Below are positions 1 through 11,819 of a DNA stretch of 64,000 bases, piece after piece. Made by a program: the position numbers and the translations under genes. Location: assembly GCF_025526975.1 (NCBI RefSeq), contig NW_026515696.1:310001-374000 (forward strand). The letters run 5' to 3'. This DNA is from Fimicolochytrium jonesii (lineage: Eukaryota). The notes under the pieces were generated by a model. It did not search any database, was not told the DNA's origin, and worked only from the letters and a program-made list of their open reading frames with translations. Within the stretch, counting starts at the first letter, position 1. Every line of letters begins with the position of its first letter.

Positions 1-176
1 TCTACTCCCATTCGCATATATAAGAAAGAAAAGAGCAAGAAAAAACTATTTGACAAAGAGGAATGATACGCAAATGCGAAGAGAGTAGAGAGGTAGCTGT
101 CTTCTATAATAAAGGTCACATCATACGTCCAATCCATATCCACCAAACGCCATAGTATACAAAGGGGGCCCATTAT

Positions 177-2506
177 CTAGATCTCCATAACAACGCTCCT
201 TTCCACCAATTCACCGACCACAGGAGAATGCACAGCCTTCACAAACGCCTGCCGTGATGGCTCAACTACCACAGCCGGGGACGCGTTCTCCGCCAATTTC
301 ATCATAGTCGGGCTGTTCATCGCAAACGCCGACACCGCCGATTTCATCATCAACTCCCGTACCGCTTCCGTCGTTGGTGTTGCCGGTTGGGCGAGGACGG
401 GGATGGAGGGGACTGCTGGCGCTGCGTACGGTTGGGCTGACACGCCGTCGAGGGATATTGTAGTAGTTGGGCGGAGTTGTGGTTTCGCAGCGACCTTGTA
501 ATCCAGACGCTCCGTGAAGAGCTGGGTCAACTGGGCGTGGAATTGCGGGACGACGTAGAAGAGGAAACCGGCGACGGGGATACAGAACCAGTCTGCCAGG
601 TTGCGGGGGTACTTGCGTTCACTGGCGAGCTGGGCGCGCTTGCCGAGGGGTTGGACGCGGAGGTGGGAGTGAGATGGCGCGATGGAGAATTTGTCAGCGC
701 TCAAATCCATAGCTGAGTCCACACGGGAGTTGAGGAGACCCCCCTCCCGCGCCATCTGCTGATCCTGCAGCGCCCACCGCTCGAACCCGACCCATTGGTG
801 GTACTTCTCGTAGTAGTAAATCATGACGACGTTGGGGACGACGATGGACATGCGAACCCAGAAGGAGATGTTGAGAGCCAGCTCAACGTAGGGGTGGACG
901 GGGTCGTCGGAGAGGAAGCCCCAGAAGTAGGTTGCGATCGTATAGGAGAAGCAGGAGCGGATGGGGAGGATGAGGGCCGAGACGATGATCATGGTGAAGA
1001 GGTGGCCCATCATGATGTGGGATTCAAGCAAGCGGTGGCCGAGTTCGAGGAGGAGGAAAGGCCGTTGGGCGAGCTTGGTGCCCGCTGTGGCCTCTTCCTT
1101 GCCGTACTTGGACACGTTGGCGTTCTTCATGGGGATGACGGTCTCCTTCTCGGGGGCGATGAACGACATCAGCGTGCGGCGGATGGCGTACCCCGTGTCG
1201 AGGGATCCCCACAGGTGCCGGGTGGCCTGCACGTAGCGGGCGTTCATGTACGAGTAGTAACCCTTGATGCCCGTGCCCTCGCCTTCGACGTTGCACTGGG
1301 AGGCGGGGGAGAAGATACTCTTGACAATGACGCGACCCTCGGTGGCAAAGAAGCACTTGAGGTACATGTGCATGTCTTCGCCTATGGCTTCTGGTCCTGC
1401 GTCCCAGAAGTTGACCGCGAGCGCCAGGTCCATCGAGACGGAGTAGGCGGAGCAGGGGATCTTGATGGACGACGACGGGTACAGGTTGGAGATGACACCG
1501 ATAGACCAGAACATGTCCGTGACACGAACGAAGACGGGTACGTTCTTGGAGTTGCGGTCGAACACGGTGCAGGGCGCAAACATCATGATCCGGCGCTGCT
1601 CAGGGGTGGCAGTGGTGTAGTGGTAGGTCACTGCGGAGAAGAAATCCTCGGCGAAACACGTGTCGGCGTCCATGACCGTGAGGATTTCGTGGTCGTGACG
1701 ACCGGCCAGACCGCCGCCGGAACGGAGAGCCATCTGGGACGCGGCCCACGCAACATTGGAGGACTTGCCGCGAATCTCGCCGGGTCGGCCGACTGGGTGG
1801 AGGGTATAGGTGATCTCGAAGAACGAGTTTGCGTACTTTTGCATCAAAGTCGCCGCTTTCGCAGTCGCTCCTTGCTCCGATTCCTCCATCGCCAGGCAGA
1901 TCTGCATTCAGAGAGAGAGTGGGATGATGAGTATAATGTAGATAGTTGGTGAGTTGACGGGATGGTTGAATGGTCCGTGTGCTAAGCTCGCATCGCTCGC
2001 TGAAGCCCGCGAAATTCCGTGGTTAAGAGTATTGCGCCTTTGGCGCAATGGAACTCGCGCCGCTCGTGCTCAATCTTTCAATGACATACCTTATACTGAA
2101 CGACAGCCCTAGAGTGACTTGCGAGAACATCGAGCGTCTCACAAAGGGTATCCATATCCTCCTTATAATTCGGCAGAATGATCACATGTGTAACCGCCTC
2201 GTACGGCAAATCATGCCTCGTATCATGTCCATCGACGGTCCCCGTCTCCTGACAATACTTCTTGACCCAATCCGTGATCGAGTACAGCTTCGCATTTGTG
2301 TAGGCAACGTACATGCCGTAAGCGGACCGAGCGTTGTTGAGGAGGAACCCGATGTGCAGGGCGAAGTAGTAAGCGGCAAAGAGGGCGGGGGCGTAGATGG
2401 GCCCGAGGAATGCGAAGGGGACGACGAGCAGGAGCATTGTGCCGGGCATCCGTTGGAAGATGGGCTTCCATGGGACGGTGGCGAGGTAGTTGCGGATGGA
2501 GGACAT
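177..2506 (-). CDS. Glycosyltransferase family 2-like membrane protein; 2 exons (2506-2090, 1901-177)
   Basis: Intron 2089-1902 (GTATGT...TGCAG) joins ...VQYK to ICLAMEE in frame. Motifs IILPNYKED, GKSSN, MDADT (DxD), IGEDMH and QATRH (QxxRW-equivalent), plus N- and C-terminal hydrophobic segments. Confidence 0.85.
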
Positions 2507-3000
2507 TGTGGTTGTTGTTGTGGTGGTGGGGTAAATATAGTCTAAGTATAATACAGGTCTAGGAAGGAAAACACTGGGTGGGAAAAAGGACGGGATCGGA
2601 ATTAGCTCAACGACGACGAAGAGGGTGTGGGGGTGGCCATGGAAAGTCAGAGACAGAGACGAGTGCAACTCACCTTCACACACACAGACAGACAGAAAGA
2701 GAGAGACAGAGAGTCTGAACCGGATTACGCCGGATAGAGAGGGGGGGGCTATTAAGTGGGTCTATATAATATACGTTAGAGGAGAGAAGAGTGGTGAGCA
2801 AGGGAGTCCGCCGAGTCTGTCCGTGATGGTTGTGAGAGGCGGGTGGGGCGAGAGACTGGAGACTTGAGACTGCTTGAGATGGCGGCGGTTGCGGAGTGGG
2901 GTGGGAGAGAAGTAGGAACTGCGAGATGGCCGTCCGTCCGTCCGTCCGTAGGGGGAAAGACCAGCAACAGCACAGCACAACGACCACAGCAGCAGCAGCA

Positions 3001-3020
3001 AGAGAGAGAGAGAGAGAGAG
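3001..3020. repeat. (AG)10 microsatellite preceded by (CAG)n
   Basis: Directly visible in the sequence. Confidence 0.9.
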
Positions 3021-4388
3021 ACCTTCTCCTTTCTCCTTTGTGGCCGTGTTGTTGGTCCTGCCTCTCTTTCTCTTTGCCAGCAGAGAAGGCGAAAGAGGAG
3101 GAAGAGGAAAAAGAGGCGCAGGCGAAAGGTTTTCGCTCTTGGCCGCTCCGCTCCCGAGGCTGCGTGGTGGCTTGCTGAAACACACTCGGAGTGATGAGCA
3201 ACCGAGCGAGACGCGCTTTGGGTGGATTCACTTGGAGACTTGGACGTGGGTTCCCTGGTTGAGAAAACAGAGGCCTGGGCGCTCGCTCGGTTCGTGCGTC
3301 GGATGATCTTCGGTTTCAAGAAGATGGCGCTGCAAGGCGGTCTCAGTGGAGTGGGGTCGCTGTGTCTTCCACCACAGGTTTCGATTGTTTGCAGTATGTC
3401 GATCCGCTTGTTCGATACCGTTTCCCAATATGACCCCAAACGAGATTTTAGGTTGCGCTTATTCGTGTGGGGGGAGCGAGAAGTGGCTGGAGATATCGAT
3501 AGTTGTCAACGAGAGATTGCGAGATGCGGACTGCGGAATGTCGAAACGAGCGTGGGAATTGTGCGGTTCGACTCTAGTCATAACCGAACGGCGCTCTTGC
3601 GCTCTGACAGACACGGCCCAGCCAAGCAGCAGGAGAAAGGGGTTGGGAGCGAGCGGCGGGGGAGGACACAAGTCGGAGTCTCTCTGTTGTCTTCGGGCTT
3701 CGTCACTTTCGTCACTGACCGCCAGAATATCTCGGCCGGCCCTCACTCAACCAACTCGGGGGGTGATATCAAACCGGCGCCAAGATTGCTTGCATGGCCG
3801 CTCGATTTTTCTTTTTCGCATGGTTTAGCCGGTTGTGTCTGTCAATCCTCCCTCCATCCATCCATGATCGCCACAGAAAGAGAGGGAGATCTCTTTGTGC
3901 CACACCCTTGGCGCCGTGCCGCAGTCGCGTTAGGAATGTGCGTGGATGGATGGCGACCGTTGCATGTGTTGTTCGCGGCTGTGTACCCGTAATTGGAGGT
4001 GTCTCGACCAATCCGCGTTATCGATGGGAGGGTCACGTGAGCGCAGTCGCGTTGTGTGCGGTCAGGGTTAGGGTTAGGGTTACGATGTCGCGTTGGGTTT
4101 TGCGCTGCGGCAGTGGAGTTCGCGGGAGGGGGCCAGACTCGATTTATGTACGAAACTGACCTATCTTCGTACTTTTTCGTCTCCCCATTGTTAAACCTGT
4201 AACCTCGTCGTCGCATCTGTCCATGTTGTATTCGCAAACGATATATCTATATACTCAACCGTCCAACCTGTGACAAAACTCGACCACCATGCACTGATGT
4301 TGGAACTTGCATCCATGAACTTACTGAAAATTGGTGCCGTGCCGTACAAATACTCGTTGCCTCAAAAACCTCGGTGCGGAACCCATTC

Positions 4389-5777
4389 ATGTCGAATTCG
4401 AAAACGCACAGGTGGTCGAAAAAATACCGCCAAGCGATGGTGCGGGACGCCAACGCCATGTGGGACGCAAAAGACGGCGAAGCCACAGGGACAGAAACCC
4501 TTGGAACTGAACAGGAGCCAGACTCCGCCGACCTGTTCGGGCCCCTGAAATCAAGCGAGAGCGGTGGGAAGGGAGGCGGAATTCTAGATCTCGACGATTT
4601 ACCTCCCGCAGAGCCGTATGATTCCGCAACGACACCACCAGCATCGGGCGGCACAGCTAGTTTGTTTCAGCCCGGTGCGGCGTCAATGTCGAACAAAGAC
4701 AGGACGGCCCGGAGGTCGTCGATGAGCACGGGAACGTTTGGGGCTGGCCGCCACTTCATCGCATCCGAGCTCGACGCAGCGTTGGCTGATATGGATGAGG
4801 CTGAAGGTGACGGCGGTGGGGCAGATGCACAAGCACGTCGGAGCAGCAACGACATGGATTCGACAGCGACGCCTGGCACCAATGTCTCGTCGACGGGAGT
4901 GTCGCGGCGACATTCTCACGAGTCGCAAACGAGCTGTGAGGGGACCGCGTCGTTGAGCAGTAATGAGAGCAATGCGAGCAATCTGCATACCAGTTGGGCC
5001 ACTCCGGGGCTAAAGCCGTCGTTGAAGGCGCGGAGAGGTACTATGGCGAACGTGCCGGCGATGGCGCACAAGGCGCCGTTTATTGGCAAGCCCCCATCGC
5101 TTGGTGATGCTGGCAGCGGTCCGACAGCAGCTGGGCCGTGGGCGCTTCCAAAGGCGCCATTCCCGAATCCGGACGCAAGCACCACCAGAAACTCCGCGAA
5201 AGGGCCGTCTTCATCGCCAAAGCCTTCGCGCAAAGTTCGTTTCTCCGAAATCGTGACGACCATCGCGGCAGAAACCGACCAAGAGAGTGGCGACAGCGAC
5301 GAGAGCCGCGACTCCGGGTCCGCAGATCCCAACCAACAAGCACAGTCCCGTTCATTACTTCAGGCCAAACCGTCCAATCCGTCCCTCGCCTCCTCAGCAG
5401 ACACGTTGAACTCCACGGGGAAGCCGGCAGGCAAAATGCGAGCGCCAAAGGGTGCGAAAGCGGCTGCAGCCATCACAGCAGCCGCCGCACTGGCAGTTGT
5501 AGCAGAGCCCGTAGTAGGCGGGAAGGGGTTACTCATCCGGCCTAGGAACTCAGATCGAGACTCTGATGTGGAATCGTATCAGTCGGATGAGTCGGATCGC
5601 GAGCAGGCTGTTAAGGGAAGACGAAAGTCGCAGGCGGTGCGGAGATTGACGAAGGTGTTTCGGAAGGCCTTCCCTGTCCGTACGGGTGCCGTTGCTGCTG
5701 CCGGCGCGCCAACACCGACGCCGGTTGTACCTGGGGAAGAAAACAAGCTGAACGTTGCCGCCGTGCATGCGACGTGA
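4389..5777 (+). CDS. Hypothetical low-complexity Ser/Ala/Pro-rich protein with an RVxF-like motif (RKVRF)
   Basis: Uninterrupted ORF of about 460 codons, first ATG at 4389. No recognisable globular domain; an upstream exon cannot be excluded. Confidence 0.6.
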   Translation: MSNSKTHRWSKKYRQAMVRDANAMWDAKDGEATGTETLGTEQEPDSADLFGPLKSSESGGKGGGILDLDDLPPAEPYDSATTPPASGGTASLFQPGAASMSNKDRTARRSSMSTGTFGAGRHFIASELDAALADMDEAEGDGGGADAQARRSSNDMDSTATPGTNVSSTGVSRRHSHESQTSCEGTASLSSNESNASNLHTSWATPGLKPSLKARRGTMANVPAMAHKAPFIGKPPSLGDAGSGPTAAGPWALPKAPFPNPDASTTRNSAKGPSSSPKPSRKVRFSEIVTTIAAETDQESGDSDESRDSGSADPNQQAQSRSLLQAKPSNPSLASSADTLNSTGKPAGKMRAPKGAKAAAAITAAAALAVVAEPVVGGKGLLIRPRNSDRDSDVESYQSDESDREQAVKGRRKSQAVRRLTKVFRKAFPVRTGAVAAAGAPTPTPVVPGEENKLNVAAVHAT

Positions 5778-6412
5778 TATCTGCTGCAGTCTTAACTACC
5801 AACGGGAGGGCGATTCTGCCAAGTTGCATTCACCGCCTTTTGTCTGCTCTGCCTCCATGGCCGGCACCTGGAACGCCCCATCTCATCCGAAATGGTGTAG
5901 ATCACCTTCCTTCTTTACTCCTTCATCTGTGCACTTTATCTTTCTTTGACTTCTTTTTGCTTGATTGGGGAGTAGACCTCCCCATCTTTGATAATATGAT
6001 TTTTTTGGACCATCATGTCGGACTTCCAAGTGTTGTAACCGCCAAACGGGGCAATGGCGGAGGCTGCGATATGGCGTCGAGAGAGGTACATTGTGCAGCA
6101 AGACCTTACAGCGCTTGCCAATGTGTTAAAAGGGAGCAATATTTGGGACGGAGGAAACATGAATAGAAGCATTCAGAAGAGACATCCTTGGTTACCCACA
6201 CAAATCATATTCGAATTCAAAGAATATACAGAAGACACAAACGATCAACGCCATACATCACAAGAAAGCCAAAGAGAAACAGAGACTAAATCATACAAGG
6301 AAGCCCCAAGAACAAATACGCCCCATCAAAAGACCGCCCCCGGTATATGAGCCTGCACGAGCCTGCATAAGGAAAGGGGAACACTACATCACATTATATC
6401 GCATGCGACACC

Positions 6413-7964
6413 TCACAAGTACTGGTCATGCGGCAACTTGACATCCTTCGGGATCATGACATTATCAATGACCTGGATCGCGCCGTTGCGGGCGAGTCCG
6501 TCGGTGAAGGAGATGCGGGCCTCGCCGTCGTTGATGGTGAAGTGGTAGCGACGGACATCGTGGTGGCCGCCGTGCTCTTCGTCGTGCTTGCGGCGGTGGG
6601 AGAAGATGGACGACCATTCGCGGTCGGTGTCCTCGTCTTCGTCGCCGCGGCCGCGGTCTTGGCGGTGCTTGGCGCGGATGGTCACGGTTTGGCCTTCGAA
6701 GGTCTTAAGCTCTGGTTGGAGGAAGAGGAAGGAAACAAACGATATCAGTAAGAGGAATTGGGACGAGGTTGATTGAAGAAGATGCGCAAGTATGTGAAAT
6801 CAGAGCACAAGTAGATACTCACGAAGCTCCTTCTTCTGCATCATATCAGTCGAGTAAGCCACGTCCGTCGCAACGTGGTACTTGATAATCTTCTTCAAAT
6901 CCGTCAAACCCTGGCACGTGGGTTGCTCATAATCGCCGCCCTTGCCGCCCTTGCCTTTCTCACCGCCTTGGCGCTGACCGACGCAAGAGAAAAGGTACTT
7001 GAGGTTCTCGAAGCCGACGTTCTTCCATGCGCGGTTGGACGGCGCAAAGACCGTGACGCCGTGGTGCTGGTCCAGCTTGTCGGCGAGCTCGGTGCGCTCG
7101 AGGGCAGCGAGGAAGGTGGAGAATTCGGTGGGCAGGGTGTAGAGCATCTCGGTGGCGTGGCGCGGCGGGTGCAGGACGTTGTCGATGGCATGGATGCGCC
7201 CATTTTCGGCTTCGAGGTCTTTTTCGACGATGCGGGCGTGCATGTTCTATGGTTGGGAGTGGGAGGGAAGAGAGAGCTGGTCAGCGAATGGAAGATGACA
7301 TAGGACAGGAGCTGGCATCGAGCAAAAGCCACCAACGAACACATCATAAAGACAGAAAGCAAGTCACTCACCAGCCAAACATCCCCAGCAAACCTGAATA
7401 CCCTCACCCTCTGATGACGATCGCCCAACTCCCTCAACCTCAAGTTCGTCGGAATCAAGGCCCCGGCATGAAGCGCATCGCCCGCAATCTGAGAGTCAGG
7501 GGCAATGTGGTACTTCAACGCCTGACGGATCCACTCTTCCTTGTCCTCGTCATCGTAAGCGCGACGGTTGCGCCACTCGTCCTCAAAGCGCTTGAAGGCC
7601 TCGTTGGTGGGTGCGAAGACGGTGGTTTCCTTGTCGCGATTGTCGAGGTCGTCGCGGAGACCGCGCTCGCGTTCGAGGACTTGGACAAAGCGGCTGAAGC
7701 GTTTGTCGTCGCGGAGGCGGTCGACTGTGGGAGTGAGAAGAAAAAGAAAGGTGTGATGAGTGATGAGCGACGCACGAGACCCCTTTCGCATGCACCAGCC
7801 AGTTTGAAGAATTCGCACTTACCAATAGTGCCACCACCCTCACCGCCCTTTCTACCACCGCTCAAGCTCCTGCCGCCATCGTTCTCATACTGCGAGACGA
7901 AGGTGCCAAAGCCGGGAGCGGCTAAGGCCGAGGAAGCGAGAAGGAGGATCGAGAAAATCTTCAT
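6413..7964 (-). CDS. Secreted fasciclin (FAS1) domain protein with two FAS1 repeats; 4 exons (7964-7823, 7724-7372, 7246-6823, 6711-6413)
   Basis: Signal peptide MKIFSILLLASSALA. FAS1 motifs TVFAPTNEAF, LKYHI, NGRIHAIDNVL, TVFAPSNRAW, KYHV, NGAIQVIDNVM. Three GT-AG introns restore the frame. Confidence 0.9.
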
Positions 7965-8090
7965 GTTGGATTTTGGGTTTGTGATGAAGGTTTACTGGAT
8001 GTTGAGTGCTTGTCTGATGCTTTGAGATGTGGATGCAGTGCGATTGATGGATGGGTGGCGAGAAGAGGGGAGGTGGATGTGGGCTGCCTC

Positions 8091-8097
8091 TTTTATA
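8091..8097 (-). promoter_or_regulatory. TATA box upstream of the fasciclin gene
   Basis: TATAAAA on the minus strand about 130 bp upstream of the ATG. Similar boxes at 29413, 42845 and 50438 precede + strand ORFs. Confidence 0.5.
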
Positions 8098-11000
8098 GAC
8101 GGGATCAAAACAGGCGTCTGCCCACTGCTGCTCTCGAAGCGCTGTGCGTCTCGAGGCGGGGCGGGGGAATGCCATCCATCTCCTCGGAAATCATCCTGTT
8201 ACCTACGAACTCGATCTATCTCCATCAAAGATCAGTGGCATCTGGCCTTGCTCCATTGCGTGCTCGCTCCTACGGGGAGAGAGAGGGAGAGGCCGGATGA
8301 CAGCCGTTCACATCCAACATCCTCCTTGTGCGTCGGGCTGGAAGGTCCCACAAAACAAGTCTTGGATATCCCTTCCGTCACAAAACGATTCATTTGGCAC
8401 ATCCCCCGTTTCTCGTGGTATATTCCGAAATCCCAGAATGCAAACTCCGCTGAAAAAAAAGGGAGATGCATCGCGTGGTGTGTGGTGTATCGGGGGAAGG
8501 ATGTTTTTTGACGTGTCGAGTGACGGCAACTGGGGGGCGGTTCTGGTCTTACGTGCGCGCTGTCACTGTCAATTCGCAAGGAAAGTGTGGGGAGGGACGT
8601 GAGGCGTATAGTTGCGTTCCCTCCATCCGGGATTGGATCCTTTGGCACATTTGACGTATCCTATGTCGAATAACCCGTGTGCACCACCAAATAATATAGG
8701 ATATCAATGCATCGCCAGTGAACGAAGCATTGTCACAAAAACCTGATCAACGCTTTGTGCTATGCACATCCGTTTCGCAAACCATGCCCTCTGACCGAAA
8801 GGATATCCTTGAAGATTGCGTGCTCGTATTCCGCTCCTCTAATGATGCTGAGCCTCATCTCCGCAGATGTCTCAGCCCGCCATGGGCGTTTACCGGGGAC
8901 AAATGAGGAAGGAAGGGCGGACCACGTTGCCGACCGAGGACGAGTGAGTGAGGAGAGGCTGCATCTCCACGTTACATTGATACCCGAGGCCGAGGCGTCA
9001 TTGTCTTCATTGCGGTCACGGCGTAAGGGGGGCCACATTGTTTGGGGCTGGAAGTGGTCGGATGTCCGAGACATCGATTCTCGCAACACGCCTCTCCACA
9101 CTTTACAAAACGACCTGTCACTGGCCATCACCCTATGTGCGGGGGTGAACATTCTCACAATTCAGAGGGGCTTGCCAATCACAGTAACGATGACCTGCTC
9201 ATGCCACACCATGATGAATGTACGACGCAAATGGGGATGGAAAAACAGAAACGGAAGGAACACCAGGAATAAAGGAACGGAATGAAGGCGTGCAAAGTGG
9301 GCGATAATGAACCAATTACAATTTTACCGAAGGAATGCGAGTGGATTTGGATGCCACTGACACTTGCCTTTAGGGCCACTGACAGGTTCCTAGCGATGCA
9401 AATGGATGGTTGAAGGCGAACGAGACGAGGTTGGTTTTCGACTGACAGGCGTTGCGAGTTGACGTTTTGGGACTGACAGTTATTGACAGGGAGCGCGTGT
9501 GTCATCATTAAGACAGCAAATCATGTGACCTCACATGCACTCTAACGACTTGTGAGTCGCTAACGAGCAACGTGGAATGACGGGTGGCCAAAACCACTGA
9601 GAAAAAATCTGCTTCTCTTCCCATCCCAGATCCGCACCGTGAACGAGCCAACGCCCATCGCACGCAACCCGCAATTATCATCCATAGACAGATGATATGA
9701 TATGCAGCATGAAAGACTTTCCCCTACGGCCCTACCCATGCGTCCGGTATGATGTGTCTCTCGCAACTTTTCCATCCGCGTAATTTGTCATTTCCCATCC
9801 TCCGTCCTGCACTTTTGAAAGTGAAAGGTCACGTTTGCGGTGTTTCTCTTTCTCGAAAATTTTAGTCCCAAAACATCAAAGCCCCATCCCCACACCGTCA
9901 CCGACTCACTGACGTGATGCTCCGCAGCTCGCCCACTTTTTCTATGTCGTGAACGGTGGGGTGGGGTGGAGGGAAGTCCGTGAGGAGGTGCTTGTTGTAG
10001 TTGTTAGATTTAATCTATAGTATTGTTGGAGACTTGGTGGGCTGCGCCGGACGGCGCTCTTCGAGGTTAAAGGGGGAAGCCTCACTGGAAGCGTCGGATC
10101 GATAGGGTGTCGGATTCCGAGATCCGTAGGGTACCGGGATTTGATTGATGGATGCGGTGGGTGACGATCCTCACGGTGATATGGCGGGGTGTTGTTTCGT
10201 TTGGCCGACTCGGGTTGGGGCAAACTCCATCTCATCGTCAGAGGTGATGGAGGGTCGGGTGTCGGAAATTGCGAGATATCATACAATGGTCATCAGAATC
10301 AGTTAGATATCATATGATATCGCAGATAATGGTAGTCGTGGCGGAGACGACGTGGCTGCTTTGTGCCGCATTGTCCTTTGGGTTAGAATTGGCGATTCGA
10401 CGACGGGCTTCTAGACCAAATCTTGCTTATGCCTGGGATACGCCTCTTCGCGAAACTTGCGCTTCTTTGCTGGACCGGGGCCTGAGGCGTGTCCAGGCAA
10501 GGTTTTGTGGTAAGGCTGGCGCCGGACAATTGGGCCGCAAAAGGATTGAAGATACCGAATAATCAACCCATGGAGGCGCTCTAAGTTTTCGGCAAAACGT
10601 TTGGGAAACATTTTCACGAAATTCAATACCCGTACTGTACACAGCGTCCCCTTCATCAACACCCTCGCCGCAGCCGGGAGAGATTTCGAAAAATCAGTGA
10701 TACATCGGTTGGTGCTGTTAGCGAGCATTTGAGGTTTGGCGTGCAACGCGAGAAATACCATGTTGTGTTTTAACAGATGCTGATTCATGGTTGGCCATCG
10801 GGCGTTGTGGGCAATGGACATCATGGGATTCACGACGGCTGGTTTTATCTACGTTTAGTTGGTTTTCCTGAGTCCCGCTGGCGTACCATCGGTGCCTGAT
10901 GCCTGTGATGCATCACGGACCTGATACAAATTCGTACGTTGATGGATCGGTGATGGCGGGTTGAGAGATGAGATGTTAGATATGATTAGGATGAGATTAA

Positions 11001-11819
11001 GACGGAGGGCGAACGATGTGCGTTGTTGATTCCTCGCAGACTTCCTATCGAGGAAGTAACTGCGGAGGGGCGTACATACTGTACAGTAGACGGAGCGAGG
11101 ACCACCGCCGGCCGAGACCGCCGATGCCGAAGGAGCGTGAAAAAGCACAGGGAAGAGGCGTTTTGCCGGAGGGAGGGGGGCGAGGTCTGCTTGTTTAGCC
11201 GAAGTTTGCGCGTTTTGCGCCTGATTTAGTTTAGCGAGTCTAAGACGAAAGTGAGAAAAGGGCGATGCGCTGAATTAGGCGGGGGCATGAGATACAACTC
11301 CCCTGATGGCTACTACCGCTCTGATCCCTCCCCGTTGGGGCGTTGGCCAAACCGTCGTCAGCTTCCTGCACGCTTTTTGCTGGTCACTCAGGGCCAAAAA
11401 GGACGCATAACGAGACACCATACAACGCACAGACATGGCCGCAATCTTCCGGTACGGGAGCGACTGACTGGCTACTGCCTGAGACTGACTGGGCCGTACA
11501 CTGACCGACAGTGAGAAGGCGAAGCATAGCGGCTGGCCCGTTTCCAAATTGCAACAACACGTCCGCAACAGGGCTGGTCGTCAGAAATTCTTCCTTCATA
11601 ATCGTGGTCGTGGGAAAATCGTCCTTGTACCGACCAACTTCGCTCAACGCAACCAGATAACATTCCCAGCGAGCGGACAAGCAAGCGCTAGTCTGCTTCG
11701 TGTTTGCAGCGTCAGGCATCGCGAACAGTCTCGCCCAGCAATTGCCGAATAACGGGGCGTGGGGAAAGACCAGAAACCACAGGCGGAAAGCCAAGGAACA
11801 TCGCATAGGCTCGCCCATA

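Noticed and set aside
795..1952. 385-aa + strand ORF and similar long antisense ORFs (7249-8025, 32291-32857)
   Set aside because: These are shadows of GC3-rich genes on the opposite strand and show no motifs of their own.
4064..4082. (AGGGTT)3 telomere-like run
   Set aside because: Only three units in an intergenic region; too short to call an interstitial telomere.
8700..11200. Several 100-176 aa ORFs between the fasciclin and GATA genes
   Set aside because: No motifs, coherent splice structure or paralogs; treated as intergenic.
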